From contig CAVWUU010000004.1 in assembly GCA_963758295.1 (NCBI GenBank), positions 864,001 to 928,000 on the forward strand: a stretch of DNA of 64,000 nucleotides, written 5' to 3'. This DNA comes from Candidatus Eremiobacteria bacterium. GTDB lineage: Bacteria; Vulcanimicrobiota; Vulcanimicrobiia; Vulcanimicrobiales; Vulcanimicrobiaceae. The position numbers and the translations under genes were made by a program. Shown here piece after piece: positions 1 to 10,591 of this stretch; within the stretch, counting starts at the first letter, position 1, and each line of letters opens with the position of its first letter. The notes under the pieces are model-generated. The model had not been told where the DNA came from, made no database searches, and saw nothing but the letters and a program-made list of their open reading frames with translations.

Positions 1-615
1 CAGCTGATCGATCAAATAGTCGATGAAGGCTTCCTCTCGCGGAAACTCCGGCGGCAACGCGTGCGCTCCTAAGAACGTGGCTACGAGCGACGGCACGCCC
101 GGATCGTCGCGATGCCGTTGGATGATGTCCAGCAACTGCGTTTCGCCCGGAGCATGAAGGGCATAGCCGGTCTTGGTTTCGAGCGTAGTGGTGCCGTGCG
201 ACAGAATCAAACTCAAGCGCGGGCGAACCGTTCGTTCGTAGAACGCTTCGGGCTCCAACAACGCATCGCGCGTTCGTTCCACGGTATAGAGCATGCCGAG
301 CGGCGCTTTTTCTCCGCGCTGCCTCGCGGCGAAATCCGGCTCACGGTTTCCCGCGAAGAGCGGATGCGCGTGCGCGTCCACAAAACCCGGCACGATCGTG
401 GAATCGGGGAAATCTAGTTCGTTCGCTTCCCGTCGCTTCAGGCTTTTCTCGACTTCGCGACGGCTGCCGATTGCCGCGACGCGACTGCCTTCGACGATTA
501 ACGCCGCGTCGTCGATGCGACCCAAATCGTCGAAAGTGACGCCGTTTTGTACGGCGTCACCATTGCACGGGACGATCGTTTTTGCTCGAACGAGCAGCGG
601 AACTACAGGCGCCAA
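1..615 (-). CDS. hutI: Imidazolonepropionase (3' end runs off the left edge)
   Basis: Not in the ORF track. Manual minus-strand translation gives [28 protein letters not shown] and [12 protein letters not shown] (HutI amidohydrolase motifs). Probable TTG start at 615 overlaps the hutU stop. Confidence 0.9.
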   Translation of the reverse strand, partial: MAPVVPLLVRAKTIVPCNGDAVQNGVTFDDLGRIDDAALIVEGSRVAAIGSRREVEKSLKRREANELDFPDSTIVPGFVDAHAHPLFAGNREPDFAARQRGEKAPLGMLYTVERTRDALLEPEAFYERTVRPRLSLILSHGTTTLETKTGYALHAPGETQLLDIIQRHRDDPGVPSLVATFLGAHALPPEFPREEAFIDYLIDQL

Positions 616-2264
616 TCGATGTCTTTTTCGTCGGCGGTTTCGATGGCGATTTCGTATCCCGCATCCGCGTGCCGGACGACGCCCATTCCGCAATCCGTCG
701 TCAAGACCGCCTGCAAACGCTCTTGCGCGTCTTGCGAGCCATCGGCAACGACGACCATACCGGCGTGTAAGCTGTAGCCGATGCCGACGCCGCCGCCGTG
801 GTGGAAGCTCACCCAGTGCGCTCCCGCCGCGGTGTTCAAGAGCGCATTCAAAATAGGCCAATCGGCGATGGCGTCGGACCCGTCTTTCATCGCTTCGGTT
901 TCGCGATACGGCGAGGCGACGCTGCCGGTGTCCAAGTGGTCTCGGCCGATCACGATCGGCGCACTGACTTCGCCGCTGCGTACGAGCTCGTTGAAGCGAA
1001 GGCCGGCTTTGGCACGATCGCCGTAACCGAGCCAGCAAATACGAGCCGGAAGGCCCTGGTACGATATGCGTTCGCGCGCGAGTTTAATCCACCGCTGCAA
1101 TCCCGCATCATTCGGGAAGAGCTCCAGCAGCTCACGATCCAGACGCGCGATGTCCTTCGGATCGCCGGAAAGGGCGGCGAAGCGGAACGGTCCCGAACCC
1201 TTGCAAAATAGCGGCCGGATAAATGCCGGAACGAATCCCGGAAAATCAAACGCACGGGCATATCCGGCGCGTTTCGCTTGCGCGCGCAAATTGTTTCCGT
1301 AATCGAAAACGACGGAGCCCGCATCTAAGAAACGCACCATCGCTTCCACGTGCTTTCCGCAGCTCTCCATGGCGCGGCGCTCGTACTCTTCCGGCGAACG
1401 CTCGCGCAGAGCCGCCGCTTCTTCGAGCGAGACGCCTTCGGGGACATACCCGTTGAGCAGATCGTGCGCCGACGTTTGATCGGTTACGGCATCGGGGCGT
1501 AAGCCGAGATCGTAGAGCTCCCAGAATTCAGTTGCGGCATTGCCTTCATAGCCAATGGAAATTGCCGTCCCCGCAACCTTCGCGCGTTCGACTTCCCGCA
1601 AGGCTTCTTCGCGCGACTCAACCACTTTGTCGAGATAGCGCAAATCGCGTCGCCGCTCGAGCCGCGCACGGTCGACGTCGACGACCAGGGCAATGCCTTC
1701 GTTCATCGTAACGGCAAGCGGCTGGGCGCCGCCCATTCCGCCGATGCCCGCCGTCAAGCAAACACGCCCTTTAAGCGTGCCGCCGTAATGCTGCCGTGCA
1801 AGCTCGGCGAACGTCTCGTAGGTTCCTTGCACGATTCCTTGCGTTCCGATGTAGATCCACGAGCCGGCCGTCATTTGACCGTACATCGTAAGACCTTGCC
1901 CTTCGAGCTCGCGGAAAGTCTTCCAATCGGCCCACTGCGGAACGAGATTCGAGTTCGCAATCAGGACGCGCGGCGCCCGCGCGTGAGTTTTCCAAACGGC
2001 GACGGGCTTGCCGCTCTGCACGACCATCGTTTCATCGGCCTTAAGGCGTCGCAGCGTGCGAACCAAAGCGTCGAACGCCGGCCAAGACCGGGCGGCCCGG
2101 CCGTTTCCGCCGTACACGACCAAATCGTCGGGGCGTTCGGCGACCTCCGGGTCGAGGTTGTTCATTAGCATGCGAAGCGCCGCTTCTTGCGGCCAACCCT
2201 GACAAGTCAAGCCGGTGCCGCGGGGCGCGCGCACCGTGCGTGGTCCGGAGATCGTCGTAGTCAT
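603..2264 (-). CDS. hutU: Urocanate hydratase
   Basis: Motifs [55 protein letters not shown] and HHGGGVGIG. Start trimmed to ATG 2264 (MTTTISGPR). Confidence 0.97.
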   Translation of the reverse strand: MTTTISGPRTVRAPRGTGLTCQGWPQEAALRMLMNNLDPEVAERPDDLVVYGGNGRAARSWPAFDALVRTLRRLKADETMVVQSGKPVAVWKTHARAPRVLIANSNLVPQWADWKTFRELEGQGLTMYGQMTAGSWIYIGTQGIVQGTYETFAELARQHYGGTLKGRVCLTAGIGGMGGAQPLAVTMNEGIALVVDVDRARLERRRDLRYLDKVVESREEALREVERAKVAGTAISIGYEGNAATEFWELYDLGLRPDAVTDQTSAHDLLNGYVPEGVSLEEAAALRERSPEEYERRAMESCGKHVEAMVRFLDAGSVVFDYGNNLRAQAKRAGYARAFDFPGFVPAFIRPLFCKGSGPFRFAALSGDPKDIARLDRELLELFPNDAGLQRWIKLARERISYQGLPARICWLGYGDRAKAGLRFNELVRSGEVSAPIVIGRDHLDTGSVASPYRETEAMKDGSDAIADWPILNALLNTAAGAHWVSFHHGGGVGIGYSLHAGMVVVADGSQDAQERLQAVLTTDCGMGVVRHADAGYEIAIETADEKDIDWRL

Positions 2265-2448
2265 AACGGGCCACCACTTTGCCACGATTAATGCCATAGC
2301 CTTGACCGTTCTTGGGTAGTTTGAAGAGACGGGTGGCGCGTTTTTTGTTCGGAGGAACCGGACGATCGAAGCCATCACGGGCAGCATACCTTCCACAGAA
2401 ACGCCGGCGCAGTCGCTCGACCTTATTCTGCAGAGCCTGCCCGCGTTT

Positions 2449-4440
2449 GTGTTTGCGACGGACCAGGAGCTGCGTTTCACGACGATTCGAGGCGCGACGC
2501 TGCGCCATTTGGGTCTCGATCAGGCCAAGATCAAAGAAATGATCGGTCAATCGGTCGAGAGCTACTTCGTCGGTCCGGAAGGCGAGACAACGCTGGGCCA
2601 TTTGCGCGCCGCTGCAAAGGGTGCGGTTTCGACGTTCGATCACGAGTGGCAAGGCCGCTTTTACGTTTGCCACTGCGCGCCGCTTATGAACGGCGAAATC
2701 ACCGGCACCGTCGCGGTCGGCATCGACATTACGGCGCGCAAACGGTTGGAACGCGAACTAGAAAACGAGCGTCGCGCGTTGGCCGAGGCGCAGCGCCTGG
2801 CCGGCTTGGGAAGCTGGGTTGCCGACGTTACGAACGACCGCATTTCCATCTCGCCCGAGCTCGCGCGTTTGCTGGGAACGGAGCCGGTAACGGAGCCGTT
2901 GCCCTTCGCGCAAATCGCGCCGTTTTTGCATCCAGACGAGTTGCCGACGCTCATGCGCGAAAAAGACCGTTTACTGCGCGAGGGCGGTTCGTACGATATC
3001 GATCATCGCATAGTTCGCCCCGACGGGACGTTGCGGTACGTAAAATCGCGCGGCCGCGTGGAGCGTGACGCGCAAAATCGCGCGGTTCGGTGCATTGGGA
3101 CGATGTGGGACGTTACGGCTCGCGTGGAAGCGCAGCAAGCCGCGGAAGTTTTAGCTTATCACGACTCGTTGACCGGTCTTCCGAATCGTTCGCTGCTGAG
3201 CGACCGCATTCGTCAAGCGATCGCGCGGTCGGAACGGGATCTCTCGAGTTTTCTCATTCTTTTCATCGACTTGGACAATTTCAAGCGGATCAACGACTCG
3301 CTTGGACACGCCGAAGGCGACGTGCTCCTTACGGAAATCGGCCAACGACTGCGCAACGCTATTCGCCATACCGACACGGTGGCGCGCGCCGGCGGCGACG
3401 AATTCGTAGTCCTCATTTCAAATTCGAACGATACCGAGGAGCAAACGGCGATTCGCAAGATCCAGGCGGTCTTTCACGCGCCGTTCCGCCTTCGCGGTAA
3501 CGAGTATTTCGTGCGCGCGAGCATCGGTGTTGCCGCTTATCCCGACGATGCCAAAGGCGAACGGGAGCTGCTGCAGTGCGCCGACGCGGCGATGTACGAA
3601 GTCAAACAAGCCGGACGTAACGCGATTCGAAAGTACAAAGGCTCCGGCAACTCCGCGTTAGAGCGGCGGATGCAGCTCGAAGTCGATCTTCCCAAAGCGC
3701 TGCGCGAGAAGCAATTACGGCTCTTCTATCAATTGCTGGTCGACGCGAAGACGTTGAAAATTTCCGGTGTGGAAGCGTTGCTGCGCTGGGACCATCCGAC
3801 GCGCGGCATGCTGTTGCCTATGGCCTTTATGGACATCATGGAAAACAGCGAATTCATTGCGTCGATCGGCGATTGGACGGTACGCGAAGCGGCCACGCAG
3901 GTTGTCGACTGGCGTAAGCGTTTCAAACTTCCGCTCCGCTTGAACGTGAATTTCTCAGCGAAGCAATTGGCTTACGGCGATCATCTCGCGGAGCGCATCG
4001 CGCAAACGCTCGCCATTTCCGGATTAGAGCCTTCCGGCCTGGAGCTGGAAATTACGGAGACCGCCATAGTACAAGACCTGGAGCGCGTCATTACGATTCT
4101 TACGCAACTGCGCCAACTGGGCGTGGGCATCGCGATCGACGACTTCGGCACCGGCTATAACTCGCTGAGCTACCTTAAGCACTTCCCCGTGACCGCCTTG
4201 AAGATCGACCGGTCTTTCGTGGCGGAGCTCGGCGTGGACGCGTTCGACGAGGCCATTTCATATGCGGTAGCCGCACTCGGCAAAGCGCTGAACATCCGCG
4301 TCGTCGCCGAAGGGGTCGAGACCGAACATCAGGCTTCGGCGTTGCTGAATCTCGGCTGCGACGAACTCCAGGGCTACTACTTCGCACCTCCGCTCAGCGC
4401 GGCCGAAACGGAGGTCCGCCTAGAAGGCGCCTGGGCGTAA
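2449..4440 (+). CDS. PAS-PAS-GGDEF-EAL diguanylate cyclase/phosphodiesterase (true start probably further upstream, ~2362)
   Basis: [29 protein letters not shown]-site before [24 protein letters not shown] and EGVE. Two PAS/PAC-like segments at the N-terminus. Confidence 0.95.
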   Translation: MFATDQELRFTTIRGATLRHLGLDQAKIKEMIGQSVESYFVGPEGETTLGHLRAAAKGAVSTFDHEWQGRFYVCHCAPLMNGEITGTVAVGIDITARKRLERELENERRALAEAQRLAGLGSWVADVTNDRISISPELARLLGTEPVTEPLPFAQIAPFLHPDELPTLMREKDRLLREGGSYDIDHRIVRPDGTLRYVKSRGRVERDAQNRAVRCIGTMWDVTARVEAQQAAEVLAYHDSLTGLPNRSLLSDRIRQAIARSERDLSSFLILFIDLDNFKRINDSLGHAEGDVLLTEIGQRLRNAIRHTDTVARAGGDEFVVLISNSNDTEEQTAIRKIQAVFHAPFRLRGNEYFVRASIGVAAYPDDAKGERELLQCADAAMYEVKQAGRNAIRKYKGSGNSALERRMQLEVDLPKALREKQLRLFYQLLVDAKTLKISGVEALLRWDHPTRGMLLPMAFMDIMENSEFIASIGDWTVREAATQVVDWRKRFKLPLRLNVNFSAKQLAYGDHLAERIAQTLAISGLEPSGLELEITETAIVQDLERVITILTQLRQLGVGIAIDDFGTGYNSLSYLKHFPVTALKIDRSFVAELGVDAFDEAISYAVAALGKALNIRVVAEGVETEHQASALLNLGCDELQGYYFAPPLSAAETEVRLEGAWA

Positions 4441-4445
4441 CGGTC

Positions 4446-4474
4446 TTGACATTATTCGATATATCGAATAAGTT
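4446..4474 (+). promoter_or_regulatory. Sigma70-type promoter with a perfect 20-bp palindromic operator
   Basis: TTGACA (4446-4451), 17 nt, TAAGTT (4469-4474). TTATTCGATATATCGAATAA (4452-4471) is a perfect inverted repeat. Confidence 0.8.
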
Positions 4475-4509
4475 ACTCGTAAGCACGGAGTTCTTGGAAA
4501 GGATCGTTC

Positions 4510-4764
4510 TTGCTTTACGAGATTCTGGCCGTTTTATGGAGCGGGCCGGCAGAGCAAGCTGATATAGCGCTTGGCATCGCCGGCCGCACGAAAAACCTGC
4601 CCGCACTCGAAGTGGTCGACGGCCACCTGTGGTTTCTCACGCGCTTCGGGTTCACCGAAGAGCTTTCGGGCGGCCGGGACCTGCTCTACCGTATTACGCC
4701 TTCAGGCTCGGCGCTTCTCGCGCTCGCAGCCGAAGAGCAGCAGCCCAAAGGAGTTGTAATTTAA
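4510..4764 (+). CDS. Small winged-helix-like hypothetical protein
   Basis: 84 aa with AAAGGA upstream of a TTG start. C-terminal YRITPSG resembles a wHTH wing. Abuts the PadR gene. Confidence 0.6.
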   Translation: MLYEILAVLWSGPAEQADIALGIAGRTKNLPALEVVDGHLWFLTRFGFTEELSGGRDLLYRITPSGSALLALAAEEQQPKGVVI

Positions 4765-4765
4765 G

Positions 4766-5281
4766 ATGTTCGGTCATCACGCGCGCCGGCACGGTTTCGG
4801 CGCACCCTTCGGTCAAGCGTTCGCGCATGGGCGCGGACGCCGCGGCGGCGGCCGCGGACGCGGCGAAATGAAATACGAGGTCCTCGAAGTCTTACTCGAG
4901 GGGCCGCGCCACGGCTACGAGATCATGCTTGCAATCGAGAACAAGCGCGGCCTGCGCCCGAGCCCGGGTTCCATCTATCCCGCGCTGCAAATGCTCGAAG
5001 ACGGCGACTTTGTCAGCGGACGCGATCGCGACGGAAAACGCACGTACGAAATTACCGATAAGGGCCGCCAGCTTTTGCAAGAGCGCCAGCCCGAAGACCG
5101 CGAGTACGACGAAAATAACCTTTACGGCATCATCGGTGAAGCGATGCGCCAAGTTCACGGCATCAAAGACGCCGTGAAAGGCATCGCGAAAACGGGCGAC
5201 ATCGAATCGTTCCGCAAAGCGGTCGAAGTGCTCGACCGCGCGCGCCGGGAGCTCTTCGCGATTTTAGCGGATCACGTTTAA
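4766..5281 (+). CDS. PadR family transcriptional regulator
   Basis: PRHGYEIM, PSPGSIYPALQMLED and YEITDKG, with a Gly/Arg-rich N-terminus typical of one PadR subfamily. Confidence 0.92.
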   Translation: MFGHHARRHGFGAPFGQAFAHGRGRRGGGRGRGEMKYEVLEVLLEGPRHGYEIMLAIENKRGLRPSPGSIYPALQMLEDGDFVSGRDRDGKRTYEITDKGRQLLQERQPEDREYDENNLYGIIGEAMRQVHGIKDAVKGIAKTGDIESFRKAVEVLDRARRELFAILADHV

Positions 5282-6816
5282 GCCACAGCGCCCTGCGCGG
5301 CCGCAACCAGCGTGCCGGTTCGAATAAGGTCGCGCGCCGTTTCGATATCCGGAGCAGGCACGCGATCTTCCGTCCAGGGGGCAATTCGCTCGCGCGCAAT
5401 TTCGTACGCCGCTTGCGTTCCGATTCCCGATTGGAGCGGCCGGCGGAAGTCGGTTGCGGCGAGCGCGCCGATGAGTTCGCACGCAAGCGCGCCTTCGACG
5501 TTCTCCAGCACGCGTGCAAGGTTGTTCGCCGAAGTCATGCCCATGCTGACATGATCTTCTTGCCCGGCCGACGTGGGAATCGAATCCACGCTCGAGGGCC
5601 AGCACAAACCCTTGTTGTCGTTGACGAGCGCTGCCGCCGCATACTGAACGATCATCAAGCCCGATTGCAAGCCCGAACGGCCCGTGAGGAAAAGCGGCAA
5701 CCCGCGGTCTTCCGCGTTCAGCAAGAGATACAGCCGGCGTTCGCCGATTGACGCGAGTTCGCTCACGGCAATTTTCAAGAAGTCCATCGCAAGCGCGATA
5801 GGCTCGCCGTGAAAGTTTCCGCCCGAGAGGAACTCGCCGTCATCCGGGAAGACCAATGGATTGTCCGTTACCGAATTCGCTTCGATTTCCGTAACGCGGC
5901 GAACGTGAGCCAGCGAATCGCGCACCGCGCCGTGGACCACGGGAATGCAACGATAGGAGTACGGATCTTGCACGCGGCCGCATTCACGGTGCGAAAGCAT
6001 GATTTCCGAGCCTGCAAGCAACGCGCGCAGATTGTTTGCGACAAGCGTTTGTCCCGCGTGCGGACGCAAATCGTTGATGCGGCGATCGAACACGCGATCC
6101 GTGCCGAGAAACGCTTCGAGCGACATCGCGCCGATTACGTCGGCCGCCTGGGCGAGCCGTTCGGCACGGAGCAGTCCGAGCGAACCAATTCCCGTCATGA
6201 CTTGCGTGCCGTTGATCAGCGCCAAGCCTTCTTTCGGCCCGAGCGTCACGGGCATCAATCCGGCACGTTGCAAGGCGACCGCGCTCGGCAGCCGCTCGCC
6301 GTTGTAAACCGCTTCCCCTTCGCCGATGAGCGTGAGCGTCATATGCGCGAGCGGCGCAAGATCGCCGCTTGCGCCAACGGAGCCTTGGCACGGAACTACG
6401 GGCGTCACGCCGCGATTGAGCAGCTCTGCAAGCAGTTCCAGCGTCTCGAGCTTGACGCCCGAATGCCCTGCGGCCAAAGAGTTTACGCGCAATACGCCCG
6501 CAGCGCGAACGAAACGCTCGCAAAGCGGCGTTCCGGTTCCCGATGCATGGCTTCGAACCAAATTCAGCTGCAGCTGCGCCGCGTCCGCCGGATGGATCTG
6601 CACGTTGGCAAGGCGTCCGAAGCCCGTCGTCACGCCGTAGATGGCCTCGCCGCTGGCGAAGCGCTCGTCTACGAAGGCACGCGCCTTTGCGACGCGTTCG
6701 CGCGCGGCCGGAGCAATCGTTACGGAGGCGCCCCCCGCGATCGCTTCGATGGATTCAAGCGTGAGGTGACGGCCGTCCAATTCGACGGCGGAAGGAGTGG
6801 ACAAGGTGGAGGCCAT
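5278..6816 (-). CDS. hutH: Histidine ammonia-lyase
   Basis: YGVTTGFG, RSHASG (HAL-type SH), MIO motif GASGDLAPL, QDPYSYRC, SGGNFHG and QEDHVSMG. Start trimmed to ATG 6816. Confidence 0.96.
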   Translation of the reverse strand: MASTLSTPSAVELDGRHLTLESIEAIAGGASVTIAPAARERVAKARAFVDERFASGEAIYGVTTGFGRLANVQIHPADAAQLQLNLVRSHASGTGTPLCERFVRAAGVLRVNSLAAGHSGVKLETLELLAELLNRGVTPVVPCQGSVGASGDLAPLAHMTLTLIGEGEAVYNGERLPSAVALQRAGLMPVTLGPKEGLALINGTQVMTGIGSLGLLRAERLAQAADVIGAMSLEAFLGTDRVFDRRINDLRPHAGQTLVANNLRALLAGSEIMLSHRECGRVQDPYSYRCIPVVHGAVRDSLAHVRRVTEIEANSVTDNPLVFPDDGEFLSGGNFHGEPIALAMDFLKIAVSELASIGERRLYLLLNAEDRGLPLFLTGRSGLQSGLMIVQYAAAALVNDNKGLCWPSSVDSIPTSAGQEDHVSMGMTSANNLARVLENVEGALACELIGALAATDFRRPLQSGIGTQAAYEIARERIAPWTEDRVPAPDIETARDLIRTGTLVAAAQGAVA

Positions 6817-6853
6817 GGCGCCAGATACTTCCGGCCGTCTTTTAGGGCGCCTG

Positions 6854-7288
6854 CTATAAACCGTTCCATTGGAAGGGCGGCGGCGACGCATACGGCGGCC
6901 CGTTTTGAATCACGATCGATTCGTGGTCGCGCAACGGGACGGAACGCAGGTCGCGCGTCCATCGCTTGCCGTCGACCCACACGGCGGGATGCTTCCATGT
7001 GATGTCATGATCCCAGACGTCCAAGAATTCGCCAAGCGTGAACACGCGGCGAACCGGCGACTCAATGTGAATCACTCCGTCCGGCGTGTGCGTGTGCAAC
7101 CAATACAAGCAGCTCGACGCCGGCACGATCCCGATGCCCTGAGGAATCTCGACCGCCTTCCCGCGATCGTAGATCGCCAAATGCGCGTGGATGTGCTGAA
7201 CGACGCCTTCGGAACGGTCGCACGTGATGCCGTCCACGGGAAGGCCAAGAAACGCCTGCGCCACGAGAATCGTCAGAAAGTAGCCCAT
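6854..7288 (-). CDS. Hypothetical His-rich exported protein
   Basis: Hydrophobic N-terminus. HIHAHL and CLYWLHTHTPDGVIHIESP suggest metal binding. Confidence 0.75.
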   Translation of the reverse strand: MGYFLTILVAQAFLGLPVDGITCDRSEGVVQHIHAHLAIYDRGKAVEIPQGIGIVPASSCLYWLHTHTPDGVIHIESPVRRVFTLGEFLDVWDHDITWKHPAVWVDGKRWTRDLRSVPLRDHESIVIQNGPPYASPPPFQWNGL

Positions 7289-7419
7289 CAGCGGGGCTTT
7301 TCGACCGGAGGCGCCGGTGAGTCATGTTTTCTTTTGATGCTTTCTTGAGTGACCGGCCGGGACGGCCGTGCCATTATGGGAGTGAGAATTAATTTCTTAG
7401 TTACACAAGAGGGGACCTC

Positions 7420-8913
7420 ATGACGGTGGCCGAGGTTGGCGAAGCCCTTCGAGCGCTTCGCTACCGGCGGGGCGACTTCGCGAACGAAGCCGCGAGGCTG
7501 CGGTTCATCGCCGGGGTTCACGGCGTGCTTCGCCCGGGAACGGTTTCCCGGTTGATCTTCACCGCCACGGTGGTCGAGCGCGTCCCTTACAAGATGATCG
7601 CCCGCGAACTCGCCATTTCGCTGCGGCAATTCTTCCGCTTGCGCAACCAGATGATCCAGGAAATTCGGTCGGGCTTGAGCGCGCAGCGGCTGCATGTCGG
7701 CGAAACGATGAACACCGACCGTCTCCAGCTGGAGATCGCGCGCCGCGCCCTCGAACACGGACACACTGAAACGGCGGTGAGTACGCTAAACAGCGTCATG
7801 AATCGCTCGCTGCGGGTGCAGGATTTGGTGGAAGCGCTCGTGCTGCAGGCCCGTGCCTCATGCGATGGCGGCACACTTGCCGGCACGCAGTCGTCCCTGG
7901 AAGAGGCATGCCGCATCGCTTCGCGCTTCGACTCCGAACAGCGCGTCGAATGGCAAAGAGACGTCGCGCTCACGCGAGCGTATGCGTTCTACCGCGACGG
8001 CGCGTACGACGCGGCCATGGAGGCTTCGCAACACGCGCTTCCGCTTCACGAAGTCGTTCCTACGGCGGACCCCTACGTCGCCCGCAAGCTCGCGCGTCAC
8101 GCACTCTTTCTTGCGCTTCAGCATGAAGAGGCCGGCTCCCCGGAACAGGCGTTGGAGTATTTGCGCGCGGCGCATGACGTCCTAACATCGCTGGAGCGTC
8201 CGCCGGGACCGGAGCTCGCGCAAGTTTACGTGCATCGTGCGTTCGTTCGGGCGGGCATGCCAACCGACGCTACGGCGGCGCCGAACGATGCGGCGGAAGC
8301 CGTTCGCATTGCGGAGTGGCATGGGTTGACGGCGGAGCTGGTATGGGCAAATCTGGCGCTCGCAATGTCGACGTACGGGTCTAACCCGCAAGAAGGCGCT
8401 TCCGTTTGGGCTTCGCGTGCCATGCAACTTGGTGGGGAACACTTATCCGGCGATCCGCTTGCACGCACCCTTTTCATCGGGTCGCGATTCGAATGCGCTG
8501 CGGGCCGTCCGGACGACGCGCTCGTCCATGTCTTACGAGCCAAACCGCACGTCCGGGGAAACAATCTGCTTCAGGCCATCTTCCACCTGGCGCTGGCGCG
8601 AGCATATCAAGCCGGCGGCGATCACGAACACAGCATCGACGCCGCAACACAGGCTATCGGAATGATGGAAGGCCGCAGCCATTCGCACTACATCGGGCTG
8701 GCCTATTTGAAGCGAGGCTCTTCCCGCGCCATGCGAAAGTTGCCGGATGCGCGCGACGACGTGGAATCGGCGATTCACTACCTGGAACGCGGCGCGCCGC
8801 TCAGCGATCGGATGGAAGCCTTGACGCTGTCCGCGTCCGTAACGCGCAATCGCGTTCACCGGCGCGAGGCCGAGGAGTTACGCCACTTACTGGCCGCTGC
8901 GTCCGGCCAATAA
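7420..8913 (+). CDS. Putative regulator: N-terminal HTH plus TPR-like helical repeats
   Basis: YKMIARELAISLRQFFRLR resembles a sigma-4/LuxR-like HTH and is followed by Ala/Leu-rich helical repeats. SD GAGGGG upstream. Confidence 0.7.
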   Translation: MTVAEVGEALRALRYRRGDFANEAARLRFIAGVHGVLRPGTVSRLIFTATVVERVPYKMIARELAISLRQFFRLRNQMIQEIRSGLSAQRLHVGETMNTDRLQLEIARRALEHGHTETAVSTLNSVMNRSLRVQDLVEALVLQARASCDGGTLAGTQSSLEEACRIASRFDSEQRVEWQRDVALTRAYAFYRDGAYDAAMEASQHALPLHEVVPTADPYVARKLARHALFLALQHEEAGSPEQALEYLRAAHDVLTSLERPPGPELAQVYVHRAFVRAGMPTDATAAPNDAAEAVRIAEWHGLTAELVWANLALAMSTYGSNPQEGASVWASRAMQLGGEHLSGDPLARTLFIGSRFECAAGRPDDALVHVLRAKPHVRGNNLLQAIFHLALARAYQAGGDHEHSIDAATQAIGMMEGRSHSHYIGLAYLKRGSSRAMRKLPDARDDVESAIHYLERGAPLSDRMEALTLSASVTRNRVHRREAEELRHLLAAASGQ

Positions 8914-10194
8914 CGCGACGCGATCGTCCGGCAATCGTACGCCGGCGGAAGCCAGCTCTTTGCCCAGCAGCTCGAAACCGCGTTGCCCATGCAGCGGCTT
9001 CAAGAACGGATCCACGTGCAAAAACGCAAGGTCCGGTTCCCGTTCGGCAAGGGCTGACGAAAGCACGCGCAGCGCCTCGTTCGCAAGGCCCATCGCGGCG
9101 AAAATTCCGGCCTGCAAGGTGCGCGAGCGCACGCGGCCGAGCGCGGCGCGGGAATTCACGGCGTCGCCGGCGACTGCATCGGCAACGCCTTGCGCCGCTT
9201 CCAGCCGGTCGCAATACGCGCCGCCGTTAAAACGGGTGCGCAGGGCACGCACTTCTTCGGCCGCGCCCAGCAGTGCCAGACACGTCGCTAAGAATGCGGC
9301 CGCGGGTTCGAACGACTCGTCGATTTGAAGGACGTCTTCCAAGCGCGCGCGCGCCTTTTGGCGGTCGCCGGCGTAAAAATCGACGGCACCGTACATCGTC
9401 AACAGTTCGAGTGAAACAGGATCGAGCTGAACGGCGCGCTCCACTTCTTGACGTGCCTGTTCCGTCGCGGAAGACGACGCATAGGTAAGACCCTTTGCGA
9501 CAAGCGCCCGGGGCCCATGGGGCGCGTAGAAAAGCGAACGATCGTAGTACTCGCGAGCTCGTTGCGCGTCATATCCGTAGAGAAACGCGACGTCGCCCAG
9601 CGAACGGTATGCCTCGGCATGCTCCGGATCGAGCGTCAACGCTTTGGTTGCCGCCTGAGCCGCGCGGGGAAATTCCGATGAGGCTGCGGATTCATAACTA
9701 ACCGCAAGCGCAACGCGGGCTTCCGCGATGCCGGCGTAGGCGTCGGCGAGGGACGGATCTTCGGAAACGGCGCGTTGAAACGACTCCAGCGCTTCGCGGA
9801 ACGATTTCGGGCAGCGTTTCGAAAGCAAGAACTTTCCACGCGCGTACCATCGCCAAGCCGGGCTCCTGAGCAAGTTCACCGAGGAAAAAATTTCGACCGG
9901 TACGGAAACGCGGTAGCCCGAACCGCTTATGGTAAGCAGCACCGTCAAGGCCGGCGTATGATGCGCAAACGCCTGGCGCAGCAGAAAGATATGCTGGGTA
10001 AGGTTATTTTCATGAACCGGATCGTCCGGCCAAAGCGCATGCAGCAACTGCTCGCGCGTTACGATGCCTCCGGGACGGTCCAGGAGATACTGCAAAACTT
10101 GCAACGATTTCGGCTGGAGTTTGACGCGTGTCTCACCGCAGGTCAAATCGCGAGTTTGCGGATTAAAGGCGTACGGACCGAAATGGTAGATCAT
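8887..10194 (-). CDS. OmpR/CadC-type winged-helix regulator with TPR repeats
   Basis: YHFGPYAFN, VTREQLLHALW, NLTQHIFLLRQAF and TISGSGYR form a Trans_reg_C-like domain. TPR-like repeats follow (ALTLDPEHAEAY, AVQLDP). Confidence 0.85.
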   Translation of the reverse strand: MIYHFGPYAFNPQTRDLTCGETRVKLQPKSLQVLQYLLDRPGGIVTREQLLHALWPDDPVHENNLTQHIFLLRQAFAHHTPALTVLLTISGSGYRVSVPVEIFSSVNLLRSPAWRWYARGKFLLSKRCPKSFREALESFQRAVSEDPSLADAYAGIAEARVALAVSYESAASSEFPRAAQAATKALTLDPEHAEAYRSLGDVAFLYGYDAQRAREYYDRSLFYAPHGPRALVAKGLTYASSSATEQARQEVERAVQLDPVSLELLTMYGAVDFYAGDRQKARARLEDVLQIDESFEPAAAFLATCLALLGAAEEVRALRTRFNGGAYCDRLEAAQGVADAVAGDAVNSRAALGRVRSRTLQAGIFAAMGLANEALRVLSSALAEREPDLAFLHVDPFLKPLHGQRGFELLGKELASAGVRLPDDRVALLAGRSGQ

Positions 10195-10249
10195 CTACTT
10201 CGCTACTATGCGAGCGTTGAAGCCGTCTCCGGCGCGTTTTATGCCAGCT

Positions 10250-10319
10250 TTGTGACGGAGCGCATCGATGGGTACAATTGGCTCATACCAGTTCCGCGCA
10301 CAACGCGAACGTGTATAAT
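10250..10319 (+). promoter_or_regulatory. Two tandem candidate sigma70 promoters
   Basis: TTGTGA (10250-10255)-17-TACAAT (10273-10278) and TTCCGC (10292-10297)-16-TATAAT (10314-10319). Confidence 0.5.
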
Positions 10320-10325
10320 TGACCT

Positions 10326-10442
10326 AACAGACTCGAGGAACATCAGGTATCCGTTCAGGCGTAATCTCAGCTCAGCATCAAACCTCAAACGCTTCGAACC
10401 GGAGAAGGAAACGGGTGCAGCCTAAAGCCGCGCCCGTTTTTC
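10326..10442 (+). ncRNA. Candidate small RNA 1 (~115 nt)
   Basis: Lies between TATAAT (10314) and a terminator-like hairpin. No ATG-started ORF inside. Confidence 0.4.
10409..10441 (+). terminator. Intrinsic terminator candidate
   Basis: AAACGGGTGC (10409-10418) pairs with GCGCCCGTTT (10430-10439), ending in a T5 run. Confidence 0.6.
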
Positions 10443-10591
10443 CGTTGCCTCGAAAGCCGCCGCTTTTCGTCTCCCGCACGAGCCTATAGGCGATTTGCAC
10501 CCGCGAAAAGTCGCATAGTGTATAACCAAGCGCTCGGAGTGGGTAAGTCGGAAAATCTTGTGGATAGGGTGTGAATCCTCAAAATGGTGTA

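Noticed and set aside
5809..7002. Long antisense ORFs such as 5809..7002, 18868..19959 and 52592..53812
   Set aside because: They lie opposite well-supported genes and are expected in high-GC DNA.
10310..10567. Possible oriC: three DnaA-box-like 9-mers (CGTGTATAA 10310, AGTGTATAA 10517, TGTGGATAG 10559)
   Set aside because: Each has a mismatch, two coincide with -10-like hexamers, and there is no AT-rich unwinding element or dnaA/dnaN nearby.
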